64,000 nucleotides of DNA, from NCBI GenBank assembly GCA_963759235.1, contig CAVWYO010000009.1:90499-154498 (forward strand), in the 5' to 3' direction. Under the pieces are notes generated by a model, which was not told the DNA's origin, made no database searches, and was given only the letters and a program-made list of their open reading frames with translations. The position numbers and the translations under genes are program-made. The stretch comes from an uncultured Alphaproteobacteria bacterium. GTDB lineage: Bacteria; Pseudomonadota; Alphaproteobacteria; Rhizobiales; Kaistiaceae. Positions 9,606-17,152 of this stretch are shown here, piece by piece. The first letter of the stretch is position 1, and every line of letters begins with the position of its first letter.

Positions 9606-11190
9606 TATCGGCACCCTCAGCCTGATCCTCCTCATCGTGATGTTCGTGCTGCTGGCGATCGGCATGCCGCTCGGCTTCGCCTCGGCCTTCCTCGCCGTCG
9701 TCACGCTGGTGCTGAAGTTCGGCCCCGATCTGCTTTACGGCGATTTCGGACGGGGGCCGCTCAACGTCCTCGGCCAGGCGATCTACCGGCAGATGACGAA
9801 CTACGTGCTGATCTCGGTGCCCTTGTTCATCTTTATGGCCGCGCTCCTGGAGCGATCCGGCATCGCGCGCGACATGTATTCCTCGCTGAACCTCTGGCTG
9901 TCCCGCACCCGGGGCGGGATCGCGCTGCTCACCTCGATCATGGCCGTCATCATGGCAGCGATGTCGGGGATCATCGGCGGCGAAGTCGTGCTGCTGGGTC
10001 TCATCGCGCTGCCGCAGATGCTGAGGCTTGGCTACAATCAGAAATTCGCCGTCGGCACGATCTGCGCCTCCGGCAGCCTCGGCACGATGATCCCGCCCTC
10101 GATCGTGCTGATCTTCTACGGGCTGATCACCGAGACCTCCATTCAGGCCCTCTTCACGGCGGCTTTCCTGCCGGGCTTCATGTTGGCCTCGTTCTACGTC
10201 ATCTACATCCTGCTGCGCGCCAACCTGCGGCCCGAACAGGCCCCGCTGCCAGCGCCCCAGCCGAGCGATCCGACCGCCTCCGAGAAGCGGGCTTTGTTCC
10301 TGGCCTTCCTGGCCATCCTGGTCGTGATGGCCTCGGCGGTCCTCCTGGTGCGCAATCTCTTCTTCGTCCTGACCGGACAGAACCAGCTTACCCCGGGGAT
10401 GGAAACCATCTCGCTCGGCATGCCCGACGACCTGCCGTGGATCGCCGGCGCCCTGTTGGTGGCGCTGGTGGTTCTCGCCTTCTTCGGCCGCGAGCACACA
10501 CGCCGGGCCTGGCAGATCGGCAAGGGGTTGGTGGCGCCCTTGATCGTGATCGGGGTGGTTCTCGGCTCGATCTATGGCGGCGTCACCGGGATCACCGAGG
10601 CCGCCGGCATGGGCGTGATCGCGGTTTTCGTGATCTCGCTGATCCGGCGCGAAATGACCTTCGAGATCGTCTGGGATAGCCTCATACGCACGGCGAAGTC
10701 CACCGGCACGATCATCTGGGTGACGATGGGCGCCGCTGCGCTCGCGGCCTCCTACACTCTGGCCGGGGGACCGACCTATGTGGCGAACCTGATTATCGGC
10801 ATGGAGCTGCCGGCGATGGGGATCATCCTGCTCATGATGGTGATCTTCCTGATCATGGGCATGTTCATGGACTGGGTCGGGATCGTGCTTCTGATCATGC
10901 CGGTCTTCCTGCCGATCGTCCTGAAGTTGCCCGCAGACCAGATCGGCTGGTTTGGCCATGTCACGCCGGAGCAGGTGGCGATCTGGTTTGGCGTTACCTT
11001 CTGCATGAACATGCAGGTGAGCTTCCTGTCGCCACCCTTCGGCCCGGCTGCCTTCTACCTGAAATCGGTGGCGCCCGAGAACATCACGCTGACCGCAATC
11101 TTTGCCGGCTTCCTGCCGTTTATCGCCATTCAGGTGGTCGCGCTGACTGTGATGCTGTGCTGGCCGCCGATCGTGTCTGTCTTCCTGTAA
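9598..11190 (+). CDS. TRAP transporter large permease (DctM family), 530 aa
   Basis: ATG 9598 overlaps the DctQ stop. MVDIGTLSLILLIVMFVLLAIGMPLGFA... is polytopic membrane protein throughout. The listed 563-aa ORF starts too early. Confidence 0.9.
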   Translation: MVDIGTLSLILLIVMFVLLAIGMPLGFASAFLAVVTLVLKFGPDLLYGDFGRGPLNVLGQAIYRQMTNYVLISVPLFIFMAALLERSGIARDMYSSLNLWLSRTRGGIALLTSIMAVIMAAMSGIIGGEVVLLGLIALPQMLRLGYNQKFAVGTICASGSLGTMIPPSIVLIFYGLITETSIQALFTAAFLPGFMLASFYVIYILLRANLRPEQAPLPAPQPSDPTASEKRALFLAFLAILVVMASAVLLVRNLFFVLTGQNQLTPGMETISLGMPDDLPWIAGALLVALVVLAFFGREHTRRAWQIGKGLVAPLIVIGVVLGSIYGGVTGITEAAGMGVIAVFVISLIRREMTFEIVWDSLIRTAKSTGTIIWVTMGAAALAASYTLAGGPTYVANLIIGMELPAMGIILLMMVIFLIMGMFMDWVGIVLLIMPVFLPIVLKLPADQIGWFGHVTPEQVAIWFGVTFCMNMQVSFLSPPFGPAAFYLKSVAPENITLTAIFAGFLPFIAIQVVALTVMLCWPPIVSVFL

Positions 11191-11252
11191 GTCCGGGCCG
11201 CGGTTGGCGCCTCGCGCCGGCGAAGGGGACACCTCATTCGGGTGAGATATCG

Positions 11253-11375
11253 ATGATCTCCGGCGACACGAAGTTGATCGCGCATATCGGAGTGCCGACC
11301 GAGAGCTTTCGGGCGCCGATGATCTACAATCCGTGGTTCGAGGCGCGCGGCATCGACACAGTGGTCGTCCCGATG
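11253..11375 (+). pseudogene. shikimate/quinate dehydrogenase-family protein, N-terminal ~41 codons only
   Basis: MISGDTKLIAHIGVPTESFRAPMIYNPWFEARGIDTVVVPM matches the N-terminus of AroE-like proteins. Similarity then stops abruptly and the frame runs into unrelated sequence. Confidence 0.45.
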
Positions 11376-11523
11376 GCCTCGTGCTGGCGCACGCCGGCAA
11401 GAGCGGACGGCGCGTCGTCTCGGCCTTTATCGCCACTGCCTTCGAAGGATGAATACGAAAAAGCCTCTTGAAGGAGCACGTTGGGCAGCTGAGCTCGCAA
11501 CAGCAGCGCTTGGTATTTCCCGC

Positions 11524-12218
11524 CTAGAAAAGGGCTCTGCCGCCACGAGCCGGAAGCCGATCGACGAGATTCTTAACGTTGGAGACGTGCCACCGCCCGC
11601 CACGGGCGGTGCGCACGCCGCGGCTGTTGAGGGCGGAGGCCAAGCCGCGCAGGTCGCGGATGCCTGAGGCTCGCAGCGACGCGATGATGGGCAGGACGTT
11701 GGCGGCGAAGGCTTCGGCTTCAGCGGTCTGCACCTTGCGTCCAAGCGCTGCCGCTTCCGTAGCGTTGCTCCGGTTGCCGAGCCTGGCACCCTGGGCCTTG
11801 CGCGCCGCGAGGGCTGCCTTCGTCCGCTCCGAAATTAGCCGCCGCTCCTTCTCGGTCAGCGCTGCGTAGATGTGGAGCATGAACGGATCGGCATCGGCTC
11901 CCAGTTCGGCGACAATGAACGGAACCCGCTGCGCCATGAGTCCGGCGATGAAGGCCACGTCACGGGAAAGCCGGTCGAGCTTGGCCACAATGACCGGACA
12001 CTTCCTCTGCCGCCCCACGGCCAGCGCTGCGGCCAGCTGCGGCTGGCGGTCGAGCGCGTCGGCTCCCTTGCCCGTCTCCGCCTCTACGAACTCGGCGATC
12101 AGATCGAACCCTTCGTCCTGGCGAAGCGGGTGACGGCGGCGCACTGGGCCTCGATGCCCAGGCCTGAGCGGCCCTGGCGGGCGGTGGAGACGCGGTAGTA
12201 GGTGACGGCTTGTTGCAT
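11524..12218 (-). pseudogene. small serine recombinase (resolvase/invertase family) with a 1-nt frameshift near 12115-12120
   Basis: From ATG 12218, [33 protein letters not shown] contains the catalytic Ser context YxRVST, then hits a stop. The rest ([32 protein letters not shown]...[14 protein letters not shown]) continues in the frame of ORF 11524..12258. Confidence 0.8.
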
Positions 12219-12239
12219 AGCGACATGCTCCGGTGACTC

Positions 12240-12275
12240 TGTACAAACTGCATACCACCGTTTGCGGTTTGTACC
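12240..12275. promoter_or_regulatory. inverted repeat upstream of the recombinase gene (candidate recombination site or operator)
   Basis: TGTACAAAC (12240-12248), 18 nt, GTTTGTACC (12267-12275). It lies 22-57 bp upstream of the recombinase ATG. Confidence 0.35.
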
Positions 12276-12402
12276 CGCGATGGGTAGGTCGGTATCCGCC
12301 TCCGATCGCAGCTCTGAACGCGACGCCGCGTCACAGCAATCGCAATTGGATGAGCCGCCGGAAGCCTTCCGGCGGCTCTCGGGTAATTGCGGCGGAATGT
12401 CT

Positions 12403-12768
12403 TCAGCGCTTGATGCGGTAGACGCGCCCGCGGCCTTCGACGATTTCGGAATTGATGGTGAGGCCGAGCCGCTTCCTGAGGGCGCCGGAGATGGCGCCGC
12501 GGACGGTGTGAGGCTGCCATCCGGTGGCGGCGGCGATCTCGGCGACGGTCGCGCCGTCGGGTCGTTCGAGCATGGCGATCATGTCTGCCTGCTTGGTGCC
12601 TTGGCGGGCTCTGGGCGGGCCGCTGGCCGCCTCGTTGGGCGTCGCCGGCGTCATTGGCCGTCCGGCTGGCTTGCCGCGCCCAGCCGCCCGTTTGGGGGTC
12701 CGGATGCTCCTGCGGGTGGTCTTCTTCGCGGAAGCCCTGGCGGGACGTTTCGGGGTCTTTGCTTTCAT
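12403..12768 (-). CDS. DUF3489-like protein
   Basis: C-terminal TKQADMIAMLERPDGATVAEIAAATGWQPHTVRGAISGALRKRLGLTI... resembles the DUF3489 winged-helix-like pattern common in alphaproteobacterial phage/ICE regions. The N-terminus is K/R/P-rich. The start is placed at ATG 12768 (the listed TTG 12801 is possible). Confidence 0.65.
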   Translation of the reverse strand: MKAKTPKRPARASAKKTTRRSIRTPKRAAGRGKPAGRPMTPATPNEAASGPPRARQGTKQADMIAMLERPDGATVAEIAAATGWQPHTVRGAISGALRKRLGLTINSEIVEGRGRVYRIKR

Positions 12769-13082
12769 CGGTCTGGTCTCTGGGTTCGGGAGTGGCGCCA
12801 ATCGCCGCTCCTACGACCCGAAGACCGGACCCCGAGGCCATGTTTGAGGCTGGGGCGACCGGTGCCTGGCGGCGCTGACACTGATGCTCTGATCGCGGCC
12901 TTGTTCAAGTTCGAAGATCGACACGTCGTTCATTGTTTGAACCCGCGGCTTTGGCACCGACTGAGTCCTCCGCTTCCGGCGGAGCCATCGTCGAAGGCCA
13001 TTGCCCAATGCGGGGGTCTGCGGACAGCCGCAATGAGGCGGCGGGCCACCGCGCTACCGGGATACCCGTCCGCCCGGGCGAC

Positions 13083-13559
13083 CTACGCCGGTTCGTCCTC
13101 TCCATCCGGGTTGTGCAGAAGGTCGAAGAGATCAGGCTCGGCAGGCGAGGGGGTGGAGATGCGTCCACGGCTGGCGGGGGTGAAGCCGAACTCCCCGGCG
13201 ATCCGCATCATGATCTCTGCTTGCCGGTTGGCAATGGCCACGTAGGGCGACTGAATGGGGTAGCCGGATGGCGACTTCACCATCGCCCCATACTTCTGTA
13301 CCGCCTCCGTGGCTTCAGCCCAGAGAGCGTAGGCGCCGCAATAAGCGGCCAGCGCGGCACGATCGAGGTTGGTGAGGACCTTGAGCGATGCCAGCTCTCC
13401 GACCAGGCGGTCCCATTCTTTCCGGGCTGCAGGACTGAGCTCGGGCGGGCAGTCCGGAATGGCAGGTTCCGGGCGCGGTTCATCACGATTGAGGGGACGC
13501 TTTCCGGGGTTGCCGGTCAGCACCTTGAGGCGGGTCGGCTTCGGCTTGCGGCCACGCAT
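13083..13559 (-). CDS. phage terminase small subunit, P27 family
   Basis: MRGRKPKPTRLKVLTGNPGKRPLNRDEPRPE...LSPAARKEWDRLVGEL...LTNLDRAALAAYCGAYALW...YVAIANRQAEIMMRIAGEFGFTPASRGRI is the typical P27-type TerS pattern. Confidence 0.8.
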   Translation of the reverse strand: MRGRKPKPTRLKVLTGNPGKRPLNRDEPRPEPAIPDCPPELSPAARKEWDRLVGELASLKVLTNLDRAALAAYCGAYALWAEATEAVQKYGAMVKSPSGYPIQSPYVAIANRQAEIMMRIAGEFGFTPASRGRISTPSPAEPDLFDLLHNPDGEDEPA

Positions 13560-13747
13560 GTCAGGTTTCCGCCGATGTCGGTGGAGGGCACGGGACTGGC
13601 CGCCCATCTGGATCGGCTCGCTGCGGCAGGCCATCTCAAACGACGGGAGCGCCCGGCGGAGATGAACGATGCTAGCCGCGGGTAAATTGCCCCCCCTAAA
13701 AAGCGTGTGCGCGCGTGCGCCATGGGGTTAAATGAATGTGGAAAATC

Positions 13748-13905
13748 TGGTGCGGCCCCAAGACGCGGAAGGGGACTCCGTGCCGATGCAAGGCGCTCAG
13801 GACGGGAGATGTAAGTTTCACGGTGGCTTGTCTACCGGACCGCGGACGCCGGAGGGACGGGCGAAAATTGCCGAGGCGCAGCGATCTGGGGCAGCTTTAG
13901 TGGTG
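13748..13905 (+). pseudogene. HGGxSTG-motif phage-associated protein relic, frameshifted
   Basis: One frame reads WCGPKTRKGTPCRCKALRTG and the next RCKFHGGLSTGPRTPEGRAKIAEAQR. Joined, they resemble the Cys-rich HGGxSTGPRTxEG family seen in alphaproteobacterial prophages. Confidence 0.4.
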
Positions 13906-14385
13906 GCGTCGGTTACAGTCCCGACGGGCTTTGCGTTTTTCCCTTCGTTTGCGTTTTTCCCTTCGTAGGGCTCGGTCAAACTTCCAATCGCTGATCGCCT
14001 CGCCGAGGAATTGAAAGGTTGCCCCGATCGCCGCTACGATGAAGAAGCCAGACGCGACTACGCCTATTGTGCGCAAAGTGATGGGTTGGTCCGGGTTGAT
14101 GGCTTTGGCAGCGTCCAGCCAGTAGGAAATCGCGACCGTCAGAACGGCAACCCAGATCAGCAGCGCCACTACAAAGACAATTCTCCCGAGGAAACGGCCC
14201 GTTGCACCGAAAAGGCGGTCGACCGCCTTTTCAAATTTTCCGGGCGGAGGAGGGGGCCGTTGGGGCTTGACTGGTACGCCGCGGATGGTAAGGCGCAAAC
14301 CGATGTAGAGACCAGCGAGGAGCACGGCGACGACCACAGCGAAGGCGAAAACAACGATAGCGAGCCTGGCCGAATCGAATGCCAT
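13897..14385 (-). CDS. hypothetical membrane protein, about 3 TM helices, basic C-terminal tail
   Basis: MAFDSARLAIVVFAFAVVVAVLLAGLYIGL..., IVFVVALLIWVAVLTVAISYW and GVVASGFFIVAAIGATFQF are hydrophobic helices. No family recognised. Confidence 0.55.
   Translation of the reverse strand: MAFDSARLAIVVFAFAVVVAVLLAGLYIGLRLTIRGVPVKPQRPPPPPGKFEKAVDRLFGATGRFLGRIVFVVALLIWVAVLTVAISYWLDAAKAINPDQPITLRTIGVVASGFFIVAAIGATFQFLGEAISDWKFDRALRREKRKRREKRKARRDCNRRHH
13930..13965. repeat. perfect 18-bp tandem duplication (TTTGCGTTTTTCCCTTCG x2)
   Basis: Direct reading. On the minus strand it encodes a duplicated RREKRK in the C-terminal tail of the 162-aa membrane protein. Confidence 0.9.
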
Positions 14386-14518
14386 CTGGACCCCGCAACC
14401 CGCTATTCAAGCGCGGGCATGCCTTCCCGCGCGCTCCTCGGTCCCGTCTTTAGACCCGCATCAGATCAAATTGGCAGGCGGCGTTGGTTCGCCTATTCCG
14501 CCGCCTTGCGTTGATAGG

Positions 14519-16153
14519 TCACTGAGCACTTGTCATGCTGACGAAGTCCGCTCTCAACCGAGCTCCTCTGGCGCCACGCATTGCCAACATGGCCTTCATA
14601 AAGGTGATAAGAGCCGGGCATAAATCGCGATCGTCGGCTTTCTGGTCTGCCAAGGCGTCAAAGTACCGCTGCGGCACGCCGTTGCGCTCCATAGTATTTC
14701 GAAGAGCGGCCCAATCTTTGTCTGTCGCTTTTTCGCGGTCTTCTGGCCGGTCCAAAGACGCAGCGATTGTGTTTAATATCGATGACGCAACATCATTTAG
14801 CTGTCCTTCATAAGATTGATAACCCGCTAAGGCAATAGGGCCCTGAACAGCAAGCTTATTGCATACCGTGTATCCACTCTTTTCAAGAACCGACTCATGC
14901 AACTCAACAATGTATTCAAGCGCAGTTCTAATTTCTCTATCGGGCGCTCTAACGATAGAAGCTGCGTAGAGTTTTCGCAATGAAGCAACTTGATCGAATA
15001 CAAGAGAAATGATTTGTTCTTCGGTTAAATCTGACTGCATCGCAGCAACGACAGAATTAAGGAGTCGGTCAAAATCTTTCGGAAACTTTCTTTGCAGTAT
15101 TCGATAAAACTCATACTGACTCAGCAGGAGTTCGGAAATCTGCTGTCGTGAAGTGCCAGACGGCACTCCGGTTGGGTTCGCAATCGCCCCCTCGGAAGCA
15201 GGAAATTGGTCGTCCCGAGCGACGCCCGTTATGGCCCCCGCGCGAAGAAGTTCATCTGCAGTTGGATACCAGACCTTTTCCGGCGGTACGCTCATGCCTC
15301 GCTGAACGAAGGTGCGGTCGAACCCCGTGGAGGTCAAAGTCGCCGCGTATTTGTCCCGCATTGTCTGGAGTTCCTCATCGGACATTCCCGGGAAGTCAGG
15401 AGAATGGAGCCCTAGCTTGCCGAACCTGCCGATCCACCTTTGTGAGCCGCCAGCAAACGCGATCACGCAAGCCGATGTGCATTCGTCCCGAACGTAGGTG
15501 GAAAGGCCGTAGCGCCTAATCAGGTCGAAGACCTCCTCTGCCTCGCCCATCCTGCCTCCGAGGCTGCTCAGCTGGATGTACCGGACTTGGGGCGCCGCAT
15601 TGAGGAGCTGGTCCAGTTCTTTGGAGAGTCCAAATTTGAAACCTCCGGATATTCCGACCCCCGATCCGTCACCCAGCAGCGTCAACCTGTAGCTCGGTAT
15701 GTCAGGATCGTTCAAGAATGCCATCCGAGCGGCTTCAGTTAGCTGCGGGACTCCGGCATTCAGCAGTGCCGCGACGCTGCGCAACGTTCCAATAACAATG
15801 GCAACTTGGGCTGCCCGAGCCCAGAAAGTAGTTCTCCCAAGACGCTGGCGTTCCCTGGCGTGCCTCGATGCTGACCTCCAGACTCCAACCATTTGCCAGA
15901 CCGTAAGCGCAGCAAGACCGCACCACACCGTCATTAGGGAGGCAAAAATTCCCAGCGGATTGAAGGCGCGGGGAGCTGCGTACGAGACCGCGACAACAAG
16001 CGCAGCGGCCAGCAGCGAAACGAGCAGCCCGAATCCCCAATAGCTCACGCCCAGCGAAAACTCGCCGCGCCAGAACATTGCGATGAAGTTCGTCCGCCGG
16101 CGTGCCGAGCGACCTGGCGTAAGGGCCCCATTTGCTGGATCGCGCTGGCTCAT
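14519..16153 (-). CDS. membrane-anchored ClpP-fold (COG3904-like) protein with a helical C-terminal domain, 544 aa
   Basis: The start is placed at ATG 16153 (MSQRDPANG...), because the first 24 listed codons are a read-through of an IS21 end. It has about 4 N-terminal TM helices. The ClpP-like block is IQLSSLGGRMGEAEEVFDLIRRYGLSTYVRDECTSACVIAFAGGSQRWIGRFGKLGLHSP (Ser and His positions resemble the ClpP GxxSxx / IHQP motifs). The C-terminal ~200 aa are not recognised. Confidence 0.7.
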   Translation of the reverse strand: MSQRDPANGALTPGRSARRRTNFIAMFWRGEFSLGVSYWGFGLLVSLLAAALVVAVSYAAPRAFNPLGIFASLMTVWCGLAALTVWQMVGVWRSASRHARERQRLGRTTFWARAAQVAIVIGTLRSVAALLNAGVPQLTEAARMAFLNDPDIPSYRLTLLGDGSGVGISGGFKFGLSKELDQLLNAAPQVRYIQLSSLGGRMGEAEEVFDLIRRYGLSTYVRDECTSACVIAFAGGSQRWIGRFGKLGLHSPDFPGMSDEELQTMRDKYAATLTSTGFDRTFVQRGMSVPPEKVWYPTADELLRAGAITGVARDDQFPASEGAIANPTGVPSGTSRQQISELLLSQYEFYRILQRKFPKDFDRLLNSVVAAMQSDLTEEQIISLVFDQVASLRKLYAASIVRAPDREIRTALEYIVELHESVLEKSGYTVCNKLAVQGPIALAGYQSYEGQLNDVASSILNTIAASLDRPEDREKATDKDWAALRNTMERNGVPQRYFDALADQKADDRDLCPALITFMKAMLAMRGARGARLRADFVSMTSAQ

Positions 16154-16168
16154 GCGCCCCACCCCCGA

Positions 16169-16174
16169 GGTCGG
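16169..16174. repeat. target-site duplication GGTCGG (left copy) of the outer IS21-family element
   Basis: GGTCGG immediately precedes TGTAAC... at 16175. An identical GGTCGG follows ...GATTGACA at 20574-20579. Confidence 0.75.
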
Positions 16175-16357
16175 TGTAACTCGGCGTGCAATTTTGACCC
16201 CCTGAGGCGGGGGATCGGCGTCCAAAATTGACCCCCCTGTTTGTGTTGCGAGCAGATGTCAACGCCGGAGCAAAAATGCATCGGCGGGCCGGAGTAAAGA
16301 TGCATCAGGCGGCACGGTTGGAAGACCGCGCCGCGGAGGCTTGGCGGAACCCGGCGA

Positions 16358-17152
16358 TCAGGCTTTTTGTGTTTCTTCCGGCAGAGTTTCGACTCCGGCT
16401 TGGCGAGCGCGCCGCTTGCTTTGTTTGAGCCGGTAGCTGTCGCCGTTCATCTCGAGGATGTGGACGTGGTGAGTGAGCCTGTCGAGGAGCGCGCCGGTCA
16501 GGCGCTCGGAGGCGAAGACACCGGTCCACTCGTCGAAGGGCAGGTTTGACGTGACGATAGTGGAGCCGCGCTCGTAGCGCTGGGAGAACACCTCGAACAG
16601 CAGCTCGGCGCCGGTCTGGGAGAGCGGCACGTAGCCGAGTTCGTCGATGATCAGCAGCTTGTATCCGGCGAACTGGCGCTGCAGGCGCAGCAGCCGCTTC
16701 TCGTCGCGGGCCTCGATCAGTTCGTGGACCAGGGCAGCGGCGGTGGTGAAGCCGACCGCGAGGCCCTTCTGACAGGCGGCCAGTCCCAACCCGAGGGCAA
16801 TGTGGGTCTTGCCGGTGCCGCTGTTGCCGACCGCGATGATGTTCTCACGACGGGCGACGTACTCCGAGCGGGCGAGTTCCAGCACGAGAGCCTTGTTGAG
16901 TGACGGCAAGGCCAGGAAGTCGAAGCTGTCGAGACTTTTGACGGCCGGGAACCTGGCCTGCTTGATCCGCCGCTCAACCATCCGCCGTTCGCGCTCGATG
17001 AGCTCCAGTTCGACAAGCCGTAGCAGGTAACGGACATGGTCGACGCCCTCGGCGGCGCACTGCCGGGCGAGCTTGTCGTACTCGCGCAGGAAGGTCGGCA
17101 GCTTGAGCGCCTTGAGGTGATGGGCAAGCAGAAGCTGAGGCGTGTCGCTCAT
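16358..17152 (-). CDS. istB: IS21-family helper ATPase IstB (264 aa)
   Basis: MSDTPQLLLAHHLKALKLPTFLREYDKLARQ...; Walker A GNSGTGKTH; Walker B LLIIDELGY. ATG 17152 overlaps the istA stop. Confidence 0.9.
   Translation of the reverse strand: MSDTPQLLLAHHLKALKLPTFLREYDKLARQCAAEGVDHVRYLLRLVELELIERERRMVERRIKQARFPAVKSLDSFDFLALPSLNKALVLELARSEYVARRENIIAVGNSGTGKTHIALGLGLAACQKGLAVGFTTAAALVHELIEARDEKRLLRLQRQFAGYKLLIIDELGYVPLSQTGAELLFEVFSQRYERGSTIVTSNLPFDEWTGVFASERLTGALLDRLTHHVHILEMNGDSYRLKQSKRRARQAGVETLPEETQKA

Noticed and set aside
8676-11436. 342-aa and 658-aa minus-strand ORFs over the TRAP permease genes
   Set aside because: They are His/Asp/Arg/Gln-rich nonsense (…HDQEDHHHEQDDPHRRQLH…) antisense to obviously membrane-protein-coding frames.
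16228-16428. 66-aa ORF with repeated 'KMH' and the duplicated AAAATGCATC / AAGATGCATC motif
   Set aside because: The repeats are the internally repeated terminal motifs of the nested IS21 element's end, not a coding sequence.
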